A stretch of 64,000 nucleotides of DNA, from assembly GCF_035084215.1 (NCBI RefSeq), contig NC_090356.1, positions 26,226,001-26,290,000 of the forward strand, given 5' to 3'. The stretch comes from Heptranchias perlo. Its lineage: Eukaryota. Below are positions 60,980 to 64,000 of this stretch, in pieces. The stretch's first letter is position 1, and every line of letters starts with the position of its first letter. Below the pieces are notes generated by a model. That model searched no databases. It was not told where the DNA came from and was given only the letters and a program-made list of their open reading frames with translations. Made by a program: the position numbers and the translations under genes.

Positions 60980-62870
60980 TAGAATCATAGAATCATAGAA
61001 GTTACAACATGGAAACAGGCCCTTCGGCCCAACATGTCCACGCCGCCCAGTTTATACCACTAAGCTAGTCCCAATTACTTGCACTTGGCCCATATCCCTC
61101 TATACCCATCTTACCCATGTAAATGTCCAAATGCTTTTTAAAAGACAAAATTGTACCCGCCTCTACTACTGCCTCTGGCAGCTCATTCCAGACACTCACC
61201 ATCCTTTGAGTGAAAAAATTGCCCCTCTGGACCCTTTTGTATCTCTCCCCTCTCACCTTAAATCTATGCCCCCTCGTTATAGACTCCCCTACCTTTGGGA
61301 AAAGATTTTGACTATCTACCTTATCTATGCCCCTCATTATTTTATAGACTTCTATAAGATCACCCCTAAACCTCCTACTCTCCAGGGAAAAGAGTCTCAG
61401 TCTATCCAACCTCTCCCAAAAAGTCAAACCATCAAGTCCCGGTAGCATCATAGTAAATCTTTTCTGCACTCTTTCTAGTTTAATAATATCCTTTCTATAA
61501 TAGGGTGACCAGAACTGTACACAGTATTCCAAGTGTGGCCTTACTAATGTCTTGTACAACTTCAACAAGACATCCCAACTCCTGTATTCAATGTTCTGAC
61601 CAATGAAACCAAGCATGCTGAATGCCTTCTTCACCACCCTATCCACCTGTGACTCCACTTTCAAGGAGCTATGAACCTGTACTCCTAGATCTCTTTGTTC
61701 TATAACTCTCCCCAACGCCCTACCATTAACGGAGTAGGTCCTGGCCCGATTCGATCTACCAAAATGCATCACCTCACATTTATCTAAATTAAACTCCATC
61801 TGCCATTCATCGGCCCACTGGCCCAATTTATCAAGATCCCGTTGCAATCCTAGATAACCTTCTTCACTGTCCACAATGCCACCAATCTTGGTGTCATCTG
61901 CAAACTTACTAACCATGCCTCCTAAATTCTCATCCAAATCATTAATATAAATAACAAATAACAGCGGACCCAGCACTGATCCCTGAGGCACACCGCTGGT
62001 CACAGGCCTCCAGTTTGAAAAACAACCCTCGACAACCACCCTCTGTCTTCTGTCGTCAATCCAATTTTGTATCCAATTGGCTACCTCACCTTGGATCCCG
62101 TGAGATTTAATCTTATGTAACAACCTACCATGCGGTACCTTGTCAAAGGCTTTGCTAAAGTCCATGTAGACCACGTCTACTGCACAGCCCTCATCTATCT
62201 TCTTGGTTACCCCTTCAAAAAACTCAATCAAATTTGTGAGACATGATTTTCCTCTCACAAAACCATGCTGACTGTTCCTAATCAGTCCCTGCCTCTCCAA
62301 ATGCCCGTAGATCCTGTCTCTCAGAACACCCTCTAACAACTTACCCACTACAGATGTCAGGCTCACCGGTCTGTAGTTCCCAGGCTTTTCCCTGCCGCCC
62401 TTCTTAAACAAAGGCACAACATTTGCTACCCTCCAATCTTCAGGCACCTCACCTGTAGCTGTCGATGATTCAAATATTTCTGCTAGGGGACCCGCAATTT
62501 TCTCCCTAACCTCCCATAACTTCCTGTGATATATTTCATCAGGTCCCGGAGATTTATCTACCTTGATGCGCGTTAAGACTTCCAGCACCTCCCTCTCTGT
62601 AATATGTACACTCCTCAAGACATCACTATTTATTTCCCCAAGTTCCCTAACATCCATGCCTTTCTCAACCGTAAATACCGATGTGAAATATTCATTTAGG
62701 ATCTCACCCATCTCTTGTGTTTCCGCACATAGATGACCTTGTTGATCCTTAAGAGGCCCTACTCTCTCCCTAGTTACTCTTTTGCCCTTTATGTATTTGT
62801 AGAAGCTCTTTGGATTCTCCTTTGCCTTATCTGCCAAAGCAATCTCATGTCCCCTTTTTGCCCTCCTAAT
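60980..62870 (-). mobile_element. Young 5'-truncated CR1 LINE with uninterrupted RT reading frame
   Basis: 611-aa ORF 61065-62900 (NYRPVSLTS, SQHGF, GVPQGSVLGP, FADD, LEYCVQFW). (ctatgatt)n tail. No endonuclease domain. Confidence 0.95.
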
Positions 62871-63307
62871 AAGTGCCCTTTTACCTCTCACAACCATCAT
62901 CTGTATTGTGTTTGTCAGGTCCTTCAGCTTTCTACGTCCTCAATACTCCGGTCTCTGAGTTTTTCCCCTTTCCAATTGCTTATTTTTTACTTACGTTAGT
63001 CACTGATCGTATTACAACAAAACCCTTCTTCTCAATTACATTCTACCCAAAATAACAAGCTCTGTACAATCACATTCTACCCCCCCCCAACGTTAGAAAG
63101 TAAAAGGGGGAGAAATTCTGTATGGATGATATGGATGGGGAGGGGAGGGAGGGGAAAGGACTGGTGGGAGCAGGAGGGTCGGGTAGGATTAGGCGTATCC
63201 TCCGACTTAAAATGATCAACTAATGCGTTATAAAACGTCTAGTGTTCTTACACTGCACAATACAGGGAATAACAGTTCTTGCCTGTATTGAATCATACCA
63301 TGTGTTC

Positions 63308-63465
63308 CATAGGAACAGAAGTAGGCCATTCAGCCCCTCGAGCCTGCTCTGTCATTCAATCAAATCGTGGCTGATCTACATCTTAACTCCATCTGCCATA
63401 GCTCCATATCCCTTGATACCTTTATCCAACGAAAATCTATTGATCTCAGTGTTGAAAGATCCATC
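63308..63465 (-). mobile_element. CR1 3' tail
   Basis: cataggaacagaagtaggccattcagcccctcgagcc. Confidence 0.8.
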
Positions 63466-64000
63466 CTAGTTGGTATTGAAGATTGACAGCCCCTCCCTCC
63501 CATTATTAGATACATCTTTGTAACGTTATACCTATCTATATCATAAACATTTTACATACGCTGCACTTTCCTCCAATTGGATTATAAATGTGAAACTTTT
63601 ATGTCGTAGTTACCAAGCAACTTTACGTTTCTTCCGTTGGCTGATGTGAAATTTATTATTTTATTAGTTGTCAATGAAATTTAATTCCTAATTCTTGCAC
63701 CCAGCTGACTGATATGCAAATGCTTTCATTGTGATTCAACTGTATTAAATGTAATTCAATCATATGCAAATTTCTGAGAAAGTTGAAGGCAAACAAATCA
63801 AATAACTCAAAATGCTTCTTGAAAAACAATTCCTTCTATTAATTATATTCTTTGATCATTTGCCTAACCACAGGTAAAATGCAAAATTAGCAACATATCC
63901 CAACATGTAAAAACGTACAAAGGTTACATGGTTCACAGTAATATGCTCAAAGTACCTATTTATTAATTTTGTTTGAATCGCTTCAATATTTATGTTCAGA

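Noticed and set aside
61065-62900. 611-aa ORF as a host gene or active element
   Set aside because: It is a 5'-truncated CR1 ORF2 lacking the endonuclease; the apparent start comes from flanking DNA.

Overview
Eukaryotic, repeat-dense genomic DNA. The repeat inventory (CR1 LINEs, Deu-domain tRNA SINEs, L2 tails, PIF/Harbinger elements, Penelope-like termini) is typical of a cartilaginous fish; the taxon is an inference. No prokaryotic operons, rRNA or CRISPR arrays were seen. Most long ORFs are LINE endonuclease/reverse transcriptase pieces or their antisense shadows. Highlights: (1) a compact, phase-consistent 3-exon candidate gene on the minus strand (29378 to 26511, ~197 aa, no family recognised). 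(2) An ORF1-less CR1-group LINE whose 5' end is a tRNA-like SINE head, with a SINE in the same window made of that head joined to the LINE tail. (3) A Penelope-like palindrome carrying a minimal hammerhead core, plus two templated fold-back inverted duplications. (4) A fossil HARBI1-type transposase split by nested insertions. (5) An orphan histone H2B pseudogene, a solo LTR, a G-rich 19-bp minisatellite and an isolated strong plus-strand exon. All alignments were done by eye and element boundaries are approximate unless stated.
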